Positions 1-9,538 of a stretch of 64,000 nucleotides of DNA are shown piece by piece (within the stretch, counting starts at the first letter, position 1; every line of letters starts with the position of its first letter). The notes below the pieces were generated by a model. That model saw only the letters and a program-made list of their open reading frames with translations, did not search any database and had not been told where the DNA came from. Source of the stretch: Fibrobacteria bacterium (GTDB lineage: Bacteria; Fibrobacterota; Chitinivibrionia; Chitinivibrionales; FEN-1185). The position numbers and the translations under genes were made by a program. The stretch lies in NCBI GenBank assembly GCA_037447435.1, contig JBBIGR010000009.1, forward strand, positions 64,001 through 128,000. The letters are read 5' to 3'.

Positions 1-244
1 CGACGTGAAGGCCGTGGGGAAACCCGCGCAAAGCATCTAAAGCGGCACTTTCATTGCCCGGTCCAAGCATAATAATGTGGCCGCCGAACAGGCCGTCGTT
101 TTTGTACATTTCGGCAAAATATGAAGGCTTCAAATCCGTTTCGAAATTCGTGACAAGCGTTGTATCGTTTTTGTCCGATAATGTGCTGCCGACGATTTGC
201 TTGACCTTACCGTTGTGTATATCTATGCATGGTCTGAATTTCAT
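1..244 (-). CDS. hisA: Phosphoribosylformimino-5-aminoimidazole carboxamide ribotide isomerase, eukaryote (His6)-type; 5' part only, runs off the window start
   Basis: Not in the ORF track. Manual translation from the ATG at 244 gives [22 protein letters not shown]...[20 protein letters not shown], the typical N-terminus of eukaryote-type HisA. Confidence 0.88.
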   Translation of the reverse strand, partial: MKFRPCIDIHNGKVKQIVGSTLSDKNDTTLVTNFETDLKPSYFAEMYKNDGLFGGHIIMLGPGNESAALDALRGFPHGLHV

Positions 245-400
245 ATGATATCAAAATACTTTAGGGTGTTTCTTTAATTATATTGTATAATATTTTCAGT
301 TTTAGCAATCCGCCGGCGACATGCCTTCCGAAGCTTTTTCGAAGGGGATGCGGGCGGGAAAGACATCCAAGTGTGGCCTTCCCATTTTCCAGGAGAGATT

Positions 401-1147
401 ATGCGTTTAAAATCAATTATTGCCTTTTGTGTGACCGCAGGATTAATCGGTTGTTCCCAACCAAAGATGCAACAGGAAACCGTTGAAACCTTTCCGGGCG
501 GCGCAAAGAAAAAAGAAAATTATTATTTCGGCGCCGGCGCGCGAAAAGAGGTTGTAAAAACCGTTATTTATTTTGAGGACGGTTCGATACAATCGGAATC
601 GAATTTTAAGAAAACAAAACCCGACAGCCTATTATACGGCAATTATAAAAACGGCAAACGCTATATGGAAACGATGTATAAAGACGGAAAGAAAAACGGG
701 AAAGACATGATGTGGTATGAAAACGGCCAAATCCAAAGCGAGGCGACTTTTTATCAGGATACGCCTACGGGAACAGCCTCAACCTACTTTGAAAACGGAA
801 AAAAGGCTTCGGAGACGGGTTTTAAACTCGGGAAAAAAGACGGTAACGAAACCGTATGGTATGCCAACGGTAACAAAAAGCGCTTTGTCAATTATGTCGC
901 GGGAAATAAAAACGGCGTCGAGCAGCAATGGTTTGAAAACGGGAACCTGAAATCGGAACAAACCTTCGCTGGCGACGTGCTCAACGGCCCAGCCTCGACT
1001 TATTATGAATCGGGAAAAAAAGAAAACGATATGAATTACAAAGACGGTGCGCTTGACGGAAAGAAAATCCAATGGGACGAAAAAGGCCGTAAACAGTCCG
1101 AAGGCACCTATCAAAACGGTAATTTCGTGGACGGAAAAGTTTTTTAA
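401..1147 (+). CDS. MORN-variant repeat lipoprotein (YwqK-like repeat family)
   Basis: AGGAG RBS at ~391 before the ATG at 401; lipobox LIGC; repeated ~24-aa units (W/Y)YENG.....YKDG..NG. Confidence 0.85.
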   Translation: MRLKSIIAFCVTAGLIGCSQPKMQQETVETFPGGAKKKENYYFGAGARKEVVKTVIYFEDGSIQSESNFKKTKPDSLLYGNYKNGKRYMETMYKDGKKNGKDMMWYENGQIQSEATFYQDTPTGTASTYFENGKKASETGFKLGKKDGNETVWYANGNKKRFVNYVAGNKNGVEQQWFENGNLKSEQTFAGDVLNGPASTYYESGKKENDMNYKDGALDGKKIQWDEKGRKQSEGTYQNGNFVDGKVF

Positions 1148-1161
1148 AAACGAGGTGTGTC

Positions 1162-1539
1162 GTGGCTGACGACGTCGACGGCTTTGATGTGGGGAATATC
1201 GAAGGAATTACTCCGATCAAAGGCCTTGGCGATGCTTCGCAGCAAAAGAAGAAAAAGCCCGGGAACCGGAATTTCGGCATTGTCAAAGAATCAAAGGATT
1301 ACGTCAAAACAATCATAACGGCGGTCGAAGCGTCTAATAAAAAACTCATTTCTTTACATTTGCCGTTTCGGTTTTATGCATACACGCAAGGCGAAGAAAT
1401 TTTCATCGATGTGCTGGTCTTAGATTTCGACGGCCACATTATTTCCGAAAAGAAACGCAATATCAGTCACCAAGACTTTGAGCGTCTTATCGAAGACGTA
1501 TCGCAAATAGAAGGTCTGTTTGTCGATAAGACCGCCTGA
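1162..1539 (+). CDS. Hypothetical protein, FlaG-like
   Basis: GAGGTG RBS and GTG start. The helix-N-(F.F)-beta-beta-helix pattern ending GLFVDKTA resembles the FlaG C-terminus. Confidence 0.5.
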   Translation: MADDVDGFDVGNIEGITPIKGLGDASQQKKKKPGNRNFGIVKESKDYVKTIITAVEASNKKLISLHLPFRFYAYTQGEEIFIDVLVLDFDGHIISEKKRNISHQDFERLIEDVSQIEGLFVDKTA

Positions 1540-1573
1540 TCCGTCGACAAGCCGGAATAATGACAGGGGGATG

Positions 1574-1837
1574 TCAAATTTCGGTTCCGCAATAGGGACA
1601 GAATTTAAACCCCGATTTCATTTTAATCGCCTGCTTGCAATTCTTACATTCCAAAAATTTGTCCGGTTCCCTATTTTCATGTGAATGGGCATGGTCGCCA
1701 TGGTCATGCGAATGACCGTGAGAGTGTTCGCTATGATCGTGGGAATGGCCGGAGTCATGGTCATGATCATGCGGATGCCCGTGTTTTCCATGATTTTTTT
1801 TGCCGATTCCTTCGAAAATGTCTCCTAAAAAATCCAT
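1574..1837 (-). CDS. His-rich small protein with C-terminal zinc ribbon (87 aa)
   Basis: AAGGAGG RBS upstream of the ATG at 1837; 17 His in ~40 aa; CxxC...FCPYCG. Confidence 0.8.
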   Translation of the reverse strand: MDFLGDIFEGIGKKNHGKHGHPHDHDHDSGHSHDHSEHSHGHSHDHGDHAHSHENREPDKFLECKNCKQAIKMKSGFKFCPYCGTEI

Positions 1838-2054
1838 GTTAGTCCTCCTTGGAAATCGTCGTTTCTTCCCAGTGCTTTGCTGAGTGATATGTTGCAGCGT
1901 GATTTTATCGACGCCTTTTGTACGGAAAAATTTATATACGGACACAAAAGCCGGTAAGCATAAAATACGTGATGGGTATTAAAATCATTGTTTTACTGGA
2001 ATAGTTTCCGAAAATCGAGTATAATAATAGCTGAATTCTTCCGTATTCCTTAAT

Positions 2055-2495
2055 ATGAAAGGCAGCGGAATAATGGTCTCGTTTCTATTAGTTATTGTTT
2101 CAAGTTTCTTTTTAAATGCTACTCAATCATTTAATAATCAAAATGGCTGGGCGTCATTGTCCGCTGCCTCCAGCCATTGTCCGTGTTGCAAAGGCCCGTG
2201 CCATTGCGGTATGGAAAAAAGCAAAACCGGCGAACTCTCTCATGCAACGAAAAACAATTCTGAAAAAGCTCCTTGCTGCGCGAAAAAAGACCGGCTCCCA
2301 AGTTCTAATACCAATGACCATTCTTTTATTGCCGTAAGTACCAATTTTAAAGAATTGAATAAGGTTTTTTCCGAAGGTGCTTTTGAATATAGTACGGTTT
2401 GCAATGAGAAAATCAGTGGTCACCTCTATATAGTAAGTTCCGCACATTCGCTATCTCCGCCTGCTTCCCAAACAATTTTCCCGCTTCGCGTTTAG
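2055..2495 (+). CDS. Cys-rich exported/leader-type protein upstream of the metal efflux operon
   Basis: Hydrophobic N-terminus; HCPCCKGPCHC and PCC clusters; C-terminal SPPxxxxxxxLRV. Confidence 0.65.
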   Translation: MKGSGIMVSFLLVIVSSFFLNATQSFNNQNGWASLSAASSHCPCCKGPCHCGMEKSKTGELSHATKNNSEKAPCCAKKDRLPSSNTNDHSFIAVSTNFKELNKVFSEGAFEYSTVCNEKISGHLYIVSSAHSLSPPASQTIFPLRV

Positions 2496-2537
2496 ACGCA
2501 TCTTATTTTACCGGATGCCATTTCGGGTTATGCAAAT

Positions 2538-2553
2538 TGGCATGAGTGTTGCA
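2538..2553 (+). promoter_or_regulatory. Putative sigma-54 (-24/-12) promoter of cusCBA
   Basis: TGGCATGAGTGTTGCA matches TGGCAC-N5-TTGCW with exact GG-N10-GC spacing, ~165 bp upstream of the TolC start. Confidence 0.65.
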
Positions 2554-2717
2554 TTTTATGAGTATATATGCCCTCTCATGATAATTATGGACAATTCTGG
2601 AATTGGCCGATATGGTAGAAATTTTACTTAATCCCGCGGTCTACGCAGTGCGTAGATATGCCAGAAATAGGTACCTAGGGCTTGCGAAGATACAAACCTT
2701 TTGTTGAGGAAATCGGT

Positions 2718-4049
2718 ATGCATGCGATTCGCAAAAATAGTTTTGTGATTATACTGGCTTTAGGTTATACGTTTTCAAATGCATTCGGTCAATCGGACAG
2801 CGTTTCCAACGCATTGATTTCGAACCGGAGCATTGTTTATGAATCGCTCGGCCGGCTTGTGCGGGAAGCCAAAAACAATCCGCGGCTTAAAGCGGCCGAT
2901 GCAAAAGCCAAAGCGTCATTTGCATTTGAGAAAGCGCAAAAGAGCCTCGATCCGCCGCTTGTCGGAGTGGAATTTTATCAGGCCCCTGTTTCGTCTTTTC
3001 CCAATCCGGTAAACGGGCAGATGGAATACGACTATTCCATTCAGCAGATGTTTCCGTTTCCCGGAAAACTCGGGACCATGGCAAAAACGGAACAAAAGCG
3101 AACCGAAATGCTTCTTTCCGAAAAGCAAACATTGGAACAGGACATCATTCGTACCGTGAAAAACGGTTACTTTGAATTATATCTTTTAGACAGGCGTATC
3201 GAAATCAACCGGGAGACCAAAAATTTATTTCGCAATTTCGTCGGCATTGCAAAAAAGCAATATGAAGTCGGCATCGGAAAACAATCGGATATCCTGCGCG
3301 GCCAAACGGAACTGTCTTCGCTCGATAAAGACAGTATTGTTCTCGTTCAGCAACGCACATCGATGCAGGGAATGCTCAACGCTCTTTGCAACCGGCCTTT
3401 GGCAACGGAAATCGAATTCATACCCGAGATCTATCCGCTTCTGCCGCAGTACGATTTGAATGCATTGCTTGCCCTTGCAATGGAAAACAGACAGGAACTC
3501 AGGTCAATGCAACTGGGCATACAAATGAAGCAGGCGGAACGCGCCGCAGCGGGGAAAGACTATTTGCCCGATTTCATGGTGCGCGGCATGTATAAACAAA
3601 TGACCGAAGGCAACGATTATTGGAGTCTCATGCTCGGTGTGACCGTTCCGGTGGCGCCGTGGTCTTTGAACAAATACTCCTCGGGCGCAAAGCGTTCGGA
3701 CGCCGAGATTCAAATTGCGCAATCGGATTTCGACAATATGAAAAACATGATAGCGCAGGACGTCAATGACGCGCTGTTGAAAATGGAAAGCAGTACGGAA
3801 CGTCTGAAACTTTCCAGGGAAACGGCGGTTCCGCAGGCGCGCCAAAGCCTTGAAAGCGCCATGGCCGCATACGGAACGGGAAAACAGGACTTTCTCATGG
3901 TTATCGACATTCAAAGAATGCTTGTTATGGCCAAGCTCGATTATCATATGGCCGTCATGGGGATTCTCGACAGTCAAAGCCAGCTGGAACGCAGCGTCGG
4001 GCTTAGCTTGAATGAAATTGACAGAAGTATCGAAAGGGGCAAACAGTAA
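2718..4049 (+). CDS. cusC: TolC-family outer membrane efflux protein (CusC-like)
   Basis: Signal peptide; two OEP repeats (FPFPGKL, YLPDF, VPVAPW); first gene of the RND operon. ATG at 2718 follows GAGGA. Confidence 0.85.
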   Translation: MHAIRKNSFVIILALGYTFSNAFGQSDSVSNALISNRSIVYESLGRLVREAKNNPRLKAADAKAKASFAFEKAQKSLDPPLVGVEFYQAPVSSFPNPVNGQMEYDYSIQQMFPFPGKLGTMAKTEQKRTEMLLSEKQTLEQDIIRTVKNGYFELYLLDRRIEINRETKNLFRNFVGIAKKQYEVGIGKQSDILRGQTELSSLDKDSIVLVQQRTSMQGMLNALCNRPLATEIEFIPEIYPLLPQYDLNALLALAMENRQELRSMQLGIQMKQAERAAAGKDYLPDFMVRGMYKQMTEGNDYWSLMLGVTVPVAPWSLNKYSSGAKRSDAEIQIAQSDFDNMKNMIAQDVNDALLKMESSTERLKLSRETAVPQARQSLESAMAAYGTGKQDFLMVIDIQRMLVMAKLDYHMAVMGILDSQSQLERSVGLSLNEIDRSIERGKQ

Positions 4050-5401
4050 TGCGTAAAACGCCAATTGTCAGGATGATGATTATTATAGTGATGCTGGCTT
4101 TATGTGCCGGCGTATCGCTTCCGATTGCCTGCTCAAAAAAGAGCAGCGAAAAGGAGGCGACGGGCAAGGATATCATTTACACCTGTCCCATGCATCCCAA
4201 TTACCTGTCCCATCAACCGGGAAGTTGCCCGATATGCGGCATGACGCTGGTTCCTGCGACAAAGTCAACGCAACCCAAGGACCAGGGCAACGGCAAGGTT
4301 CTTTATTATCGTGACGCCATGAATCCGTCGTTTACATCAAGTAAACCGGGGAAAGCCCCCGACGGCATGGACCTTGTGCCGGTTTACGAAAGCGAAGCAG
4401 CCGGAAACGACATACACATAGCCCCGGCAATGATACAAAGCATCGGCGTGCAAACCGAAAAGGCTGCAATTCGGATGCTTACCAAGGAAATTCGGACCAG
4501 CGCGACGATCATGCCCGACGAGAGGCGCCAGACCGCCGTAACCACGAAAATCATGGGGTATGTGGAAAACCTGTATGTCAATTATACGGGACAGCGAGTG
4601 CAAAAAGGCCGGCCCCTTTACGATTTGTATAGTCCGGACCTCGTAAGCGCACAGGCAGAATATCTTGAAACATATAAAAATTCCCGCACGCAGGATTCGG
4701 GGCTTTTAAATAGCTCACGGTTACGGCTTTTAAACTGGGATGTTTCCGCTTCCCAGATAGCGGAACTGGAAAAACGCGGCGAGCCGCAGAAAACCATTAC
4801 CGTTGTTTCGCCGGCAAATGGAATCGTGACCGAAAAAATGATCGTCAAGGGCCAGAACGTAGAGCCGGGAATGGTGCTTTACAAAATTGTAGACTATTCG
4901 AACGTATGGGTGGAAGGTGCCATATATCAACAAGACGTTCCACTGGTGAATGTCGGTCAGAGCGGCACGGTCGAGCTCGACTATTATCCCGGCGAGCGAT
5001 TTACCGGTAAGGTAACCTATATTGCCCCGGAAATGAACATGGAGTCCAGGACCCTTAAAATCCGGCTCGAATTGGCAAATACGTCGGCCCTTAAAATCAA
5101 ACCGGGTATGAATGCGACCGTCACTATACATTCGATAATGAAAAAAAACAGCGTGACCGTCCCCGATCAGGCGGTAATTCATTCAGGACTTCGAACGCTT
5201 GTGGTCATTGCAAAGGGTGGCGGGTATTTTGAGCCTCGGGAAATAAAAATCGGCCAGAGCGCCGAAGGGTACACGCAAGTAATTGAGGGCGTGAAGGACG
5301 GTGAAGATATCGTCGTGTCATCGCAGTTTCTCATAGACTCGGAAAGCAACTTGAAAGCCGCGGTCATGAAAATGGCTGCAAAGCAAGACAGCACTAAATA
5401 A
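4049..5401 (+). CDS. cusB: RND efflux periplasmic adaptor (CusB-like) with N-terminal heavy-metal-binding domains
   Basis: YTCPMHP...CPICGMTLVP and YYRDAMNP...GMDLVPVY motifs; LYSPDLVSAQAEYL; QFLIDSESNL. Start overlaps the cusC stop. Confidence 0.92.
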   Translation: MRKTPIVRMMIIIVMLALCAGVSLPIACSKKSSEKEATGKDIIYTCPMHPNYLSHQPGSCPICGMTLVPATKSTQPKDQGNGKVLYYRDAMNPSFTSSKPGKAPDGMDLVPVYESEAAGNDIHIAPAMIQSIGVQTEKAAIRMLTKEIRTSATIMPDERRQTAVTTKIMGYVENLYVNYTGQRVQKGRPLYDLYSPDLVSAQAEYLETYKNSRTQDSGLLNSSRLRLLNWDVSASQIAELEKRGEPQKTITVVSPANGIVTEKMIVKGQNVEPGMVLYKIVDYSNVWVEGAIYQQDVPLVNVGQSGTVELDYYPGERFTGKVTYIAPEMNMESRTLKIRLELANTSALKIKPGMNATVTIHSIMKKNSVTVPDQAVIHSGLRTLVVIAKGGGYFEPREIKIGQSAEGYTQVIEGVKDGEDIVVSSQFLIDSESNLKAAVMKMAAKQDSTK

Positions 5402-5416
5402 TAATCGGAGCTAGTA

Positions 5417-8400
5417 ATGTTACCTAAAATTATCGCCTGGTCGATTAAAAATAAAATCATCGTAATTTTCCTGACCGTGCTTGCAATCGGGCTCGGTGCC
5501 TACTCGCTTATGACAACATCGATCGACGCCATTCCCGACCTTTCCGATGTACAGGTGATTGTGTATACCGAGGCAAAAGGCCAATCGCCCCGAATTGTCG
5601 AAGACCAGATCACCTATCCGCTCACCACATCGCTTGTAGCTGTGCCGGGAGCCAAAGTCGTGCGAGGGTATTCTTTCTTCGGATATTCGCTTGTCTATAT
5701 CATATTCAAAGACGGAACCGACATTTATTGGGCGCGAAGCCGCGTATTGGAATTGCTCAATTACGCGCAAAAGAAATTGCCCCAGGGCATAGTCCCGACC
5801 CTTGGGCCCGACGCCACGGGCGTCGGATGGGTGTACGAATATGCCCTGACTTCAAAGACCCGGTCTTTGGCCGAATTGCGTTCGCTGCAAGACTGGTATC
5901 TCAAATATCAGCTGACCGGCGTAGAAGGCGTCAGCGAAGTCGCAAGCATCGGCGGCTATGTCAAGCAGTACCAGGTCACCGTCGATCCGGTCAAGCTCCA
6001 ATCGTTCGGAATCCCCATTTCCATGGTGGAAATGGCTGTTAAAAACAGCAACAACGATGTCGGCGGGGAAGTCATCGAAATGGCTGAGGCGGAATTCATG
6101 GTCCGCGGTTTGGGTTATATAAAGTCTATTGACGATATTAAAAATATCGCCGTGAAGCCAGGAATGAACAATGCTCCACCCATATTTCTTGGTGATGTCG
6201 CAACGATTGACCTTGGGCCCGAAATGCGGAGAGGTGTTGCCGAACTTGACGGCCAGGGTGAAGTTGCCGGCGGTGTGGTGATCATGCGGTATGGTGAGAA
6301 CGCGCTTTCGGTCATTAAGGCTATCAAAAAGAAACTCGAAATCGCAAAACAGGGATTGCCCCCGGATGTTCAAATTGTTCCGGCATACGACCGGTCGAAC
6401 CTCATTTTGCGCGCCATTGATAATCTTCGCGACAAATTACTTGAAGAAATTCTTATCGTTGCCTTTGTCTGCATACTGTTTCTTTTGCATGCGCGAAGCG
6501 CACTGGTTGCGGTTTTTACGCTTCCAACCGCGATACTCATGGCATTTATTGTAATGAAGTTGCAAGGAATCAATGCAAACATCATGTCGCTTTCCGGGAT
6601 CGCCATCGCCATCGGCGCCATGGTCGATGCTGCCATCATCATGATCGAAAACCTTCACAAGCATCTTGAACATAATAACAATCTCGAATTGTCTCAACGT
6701 AAAACTCATTGGGACGTAGTGACGGACGCGTCGTGCGAGGTGGGGCCGTCGCTTTTTTGGTCTTTACTTGTTATTACCATTTCGTTTGTGCCGGTTTTTA
6801 CACTCGAGGCGCAGGAAGGGCGTCTGTTCAGACCCCTCGCATTTACAAAAACATATTCCATGGCGGCTGCGGCAATACTTGCCATTACCATTGTGCCGAT
6901 TCTCATGGGGTTTTTTATCCGGGGCAAAATTTTGCCCGAAGAGCGCAATCCAATCAACAGATTTCTGATTTCGTTATATCACCCGATAGCGAAATTTGTC
7001 CTACAACGTCCTTTGGTAATATTGATTTTTGTTGTCGGTCTGATCGCCATTACCGTTTTTCCGCTTACACGTCTTGGTTCGGAATTCATGCCGGCGCTTT
7101 GGGAAGGCGATTTGTTGTATATGCCGACGACCTTGCCGGGTGTTTCCATAACAAAGTCTAAGGAAATATTACAGCAAACCGATAAAATAATCAGGACTTT
7201 CCCGGAAGTTAAAAGTGTATTCGGTAAAGCCGGGCGTGCCGAGACAGCCACCGACCCCGCGGGCCTTGATATGCTGGAAACGACGATTCAACTCAAACCG
7301 CAGTCCGAGTGGCGAAAGGGTATGACTTCGCAAAAACTCATAGACGAACTCGACGCGGCAATCAAATTTCCCGGGCTCACCAATGCGTGGACAATGCCTA
7401 TCAAAACCAGGATAGACATGCTTTCGACCGGCATAAAAACCCCTGTCGGCATCAAAATATCTGGCGCAAATCTTGACACTCTGGAACGGATCGGCAAAGA
7501 TATCGAGGAGGTGATCCGCGGCGTCAAGGGCACGACCTCGGCGTTTGCCGAACGCGCGGTCGGCGGGAATTACCTGGACATCGCCATAGATAGGAGGCAA
7601 GCTGCCCGGTTCGGTTTACAGATTAGTGACGTGCAAAATGTAATTGAAACTGCATTGGGCGGCATGAGCGTTTCAACGACCGTCGAAGGGCTCGAACGAT
7701 ATCCGGTCAATGTGCGGTACAGCCGTGACCTGCGCGATGATATCGAGTCGCTTAAACGCGTGCTTGTGGCGTCAAGCGACGGCCGGCAGGTCCCGCTCGG
7801 CCAGGTCGCGACCATAACCCCGACCAAAGGGCCTATGGTTGTGCGAAGCGAAAACACGCGCCCCAATGCCTGGGTGTTTGTCGACATTCGAGGAATAGAC
7901 ATAGGCACCTATATAAAAAGTGCGCAAAAAGCCATAGCGCAGAATATCAAAGTGCCCGTGGGTTACACCGTGATCTGGAGCGGTGAATTCGAATATATGG
8001 AACGGATGCAAAAGCGCATGATGATGGTCATTCCGCTCACGCTTTTCATTATCCTGTTCATCATATTCTTAAACACGCGCTCGTTTGTCAAAACAGCAAT
8101 CGTGTTTTGTGCCGTGCCGTTTTCCCTTATCGGTGCAATATGGTTTATCTACCTCCTTGGTTATAATATGAGTTTGGCCGTTTGGGTGGGTATGATAGCC
8201 TTGGCAGGGTTGGATGCCGAAACCGGCGTGATCATGCTTTTGTACCTCGAGCACGCTTTTGACAAGGCAAAGAAAAACGGGGCATTGAACACGCTTGTTG
8301 ATTTGCGAAAAGCAATCGACCAGGGCGCTGTGCAGCGCGTTCGCCCAAAAATCATGACCGCATCGGTGATTGTTGCAGGCTTGCTGCCGATCATGTGGAG

Positions 8401-8542
8401 TTCGGGGACCGGTTCCGATATTATGAAACGGATTGCCGCGCCAATGGTCGGCGGCGTGGTGACCTCGGTCGTCATGGAGCTTTTGGCATATCCGGCGATT
8501 TATTATTTATGGAAAAAAAGGGGAATAAAAAATGAACGGTAG
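5417..8542 (+). CDS. cusA: CusA/CzcA family Cu(I)/Ag(I) RND efflux permease
   Basis: DAIPDLSDVQVI, LGPDATGVGWVYEY, GSEFMP..EGDLLYMP, WTMPIKTRIDML motifs; 1041 aa. Confidence 0.96.
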   Translation: MLPKIIAWSIKNKIIVIFLTVLAIGLGAYSLMTTSIDAIPDLSDVQVIVYTEAKGQSPRIVEDQITYPLTTSLVAVPGAKVVRGYSFFGYSLVYIIFKDGTDIYWARSRVLELLNYAQKKLPQGIVPTLGPDATGVGWVYEYALTSKTRSLAELRSLQDWYLKYQLTGVEGVSEVASIGGYVKQYQVTVDPVKLQSFGIPISMVEMAVKNSNNDVGGEVIEMAEAEFMVRGLGYIKSIDDIKNIAVKPGMNNAPPIFLGDVATIDLGPEMRRGVAELDGQGEVAGGVVIMRYGENALSVIKAIKKKLEIAKQGLPPDVQIVPAYDRSNLILRAIDNLRDKLLEEILIVAFVCILFLLHARSALVAVFTLPTAILMAFIVMKLQGINANIMSLSGIAIAIGAMVDAAIIMIENLHKHLEHNNNLELSQRKTHWDVVTDASCEVGPSLFWSLLVITISFVPVFTLEAQEGRLFRPLAFTKTYSMAAAAILAITIVPILMGFFIRGKILPEERNPINRFLISLYHPIAKFVLQRPLVILIFVVGLIAITVFPLTRLGSEFMPALWEGDLLYMPTTLPGVSITKSKEILQQTDKIIRTFPEVKSVFGKAGRAETATDPAGLDMLETTIQLKPQSEWRKGMTSQKLIDELDAAIKFPGLTNAWTMPIKTRIDMLSTGIKTPVGIKISGANLDTLERIGKDIEEVIRGVKGTTSAFAERAVGGNYLDIAIDRRQAARFGLQISDVQNVIETALGGMSVSTTVEGLERYPVNVRYSRDLRDDIESLKRVLVASSDGRQVPLGQVATITPTKGPMVVRSENTRPNAWVFVDIRGIDIGTYIKSAQKAIAQNIKVPVGYTVIWSGEFEYMERMQKRMMMVIPLTLFIILFIIFLNTRSFVKTAIVFCAVPFSLIGAIWFIYLLGYNMSLAVWVGMIALAGLDAETGVIMLLYLEHAFDKAKKNGALNTLVDLRKAIDQGAVQRVRPKIMTASVIVAGLLPIMWSSGTGSDIMKRIAAPMVGGVVTSVVMELLAYPAIYYLWKKRGIKNER

Positions 8543-8566
8543 AGACGCTGCTTGGTGCGTCTCTCC
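8539..8566. repeat. GTAG-type REP-like palindrome overlapping the cusA stop
   Basis: GTAGAGACGC-tgcttggt-GCGTCTCTCC stem-loop. Confidence 0.5.
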
Positions 8567-8603
8567 ATAATTGATAAAAAACACTATTTTCACAGGAGGC
8601 TGT

Positions 8604-9107
8604 ATGAGTTTTAGGAAACTGTTTGTAAACGTGATTCCGACGACATGCGTCACGGCAATGCTTTTGTCGGCGGTTGCTATGGGTGAAACGGCAAAAAACG
8701 TAAAAACCGATACTGTTAAAAATGCCGCCGGCGCAAAGCAACTAAAACCCCAGACCACGTGCCCGGTGCAGGGTGATCCCATAAACAAAAAATTGTTCGT
8801 CGATTATCAGGGAAAAAGAATTTACGTTTGTTGTGCCGGTTGCCTCGATCAAGTCAAGGCAAATCCGGAAAAGTATATAAAAAAGCTTGAAAGCATGGGG
8901 CAAGGGGTAGAGAGTTTAGCCGCAGTAACGAAAAAAGAAAGCAAGGATACCCAAGTTGCGGGGTATTGGACTTGCCCGATGCACCCCGAAGTCCATCAAT
9001 CCGGCCCCGGAAAATGCCCGATTTGCGGAATGAATCTGGAGTTTAAAAAAAGCTTCAAGGACACGGTTACTGTAAAAGGAACGGATATGAAAGGCATGAA
9101 AATGTAA
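8604..9107 (+). CDS. Periplasmic YHS-domain plus heavy-metal-binding-domain protein (copper chaperone-like)
   Basis: AGGAGG RBS; signal peptide; CPVQG...YVCCAGC...NPEKY (YHS); WTCPMHP...CPICGM; Met-rich tail MKGMKM. Confidence 0.85.
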   Translation: MSFRKLFVNVIPTTCVTAMLLSAVAMGETAKNVKTDTVKNAAGAKQLKPQTTCPVQGDPINKKLFVDYQGKRIYVCCAGCLDQVKANPEKYIKKLESMGQGVESLAAVTKKESKDTQVAGYWTCPMHPEVHQSGPGKCPICGMNLEFKKSFKDTVTVKGTDMKGMKM

Positions 9108-9140
9108 TTTTTTGCAGTTGTTTAATGCCTATGAAACGGC

Positions 9141-9330
9141 ATGCTGCCGTTTCATAGGACTGCCGAATTTGCAGGAACCAGGACCGACGCAAATCTTAAA
9201 AATGCCTGGGGCTTGGGATTCGATAATGCGGGCAACATTTTCGTTTCTTCGAACCATGCAGGAGTAGTGCTCGTTTACGACATCTCCGGAAACCAGGCCA
9301 TGTCTCCTATAACCGTGGCACCGAGGTCAT
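9141..9330 (+). pseudogene. Remnant of a TIGR03118-like beta-propeller protein N-terminus
   Basis: DANLKNAWGLGFD..GNIFVSSNHAG...VYD resembles the DxNLxNxWG motif of that family. The similarity ends after ~50 aa in AT-rich sequence. Confidence 0.45.
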
Positions 9331-9538
9331 CCTCAGTCTTTGTATACAGCAATTACATTAATGTTTATACACATTATAATCATTGCTGTGATGGCGAATT
9401 GTTTTCCTTAAATACTTATGATTTGCTATATCTTGTATAAAACCATTCGCAGGAATTATCTTTAAATGATTTTCCGACTTTTAGGTCTGCAACCGTATTG
9501 ATTGCAGAAGAGGTAATTTTTTTCTTTTTTAGAATAAT

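Noticed and set aside
401..1147. Toxin-antitoxin system implied by the YwqK-like repeats
   Set aside because: No adjacent toxin gene; this is a generic MORN-variant repeat lipoprotein.
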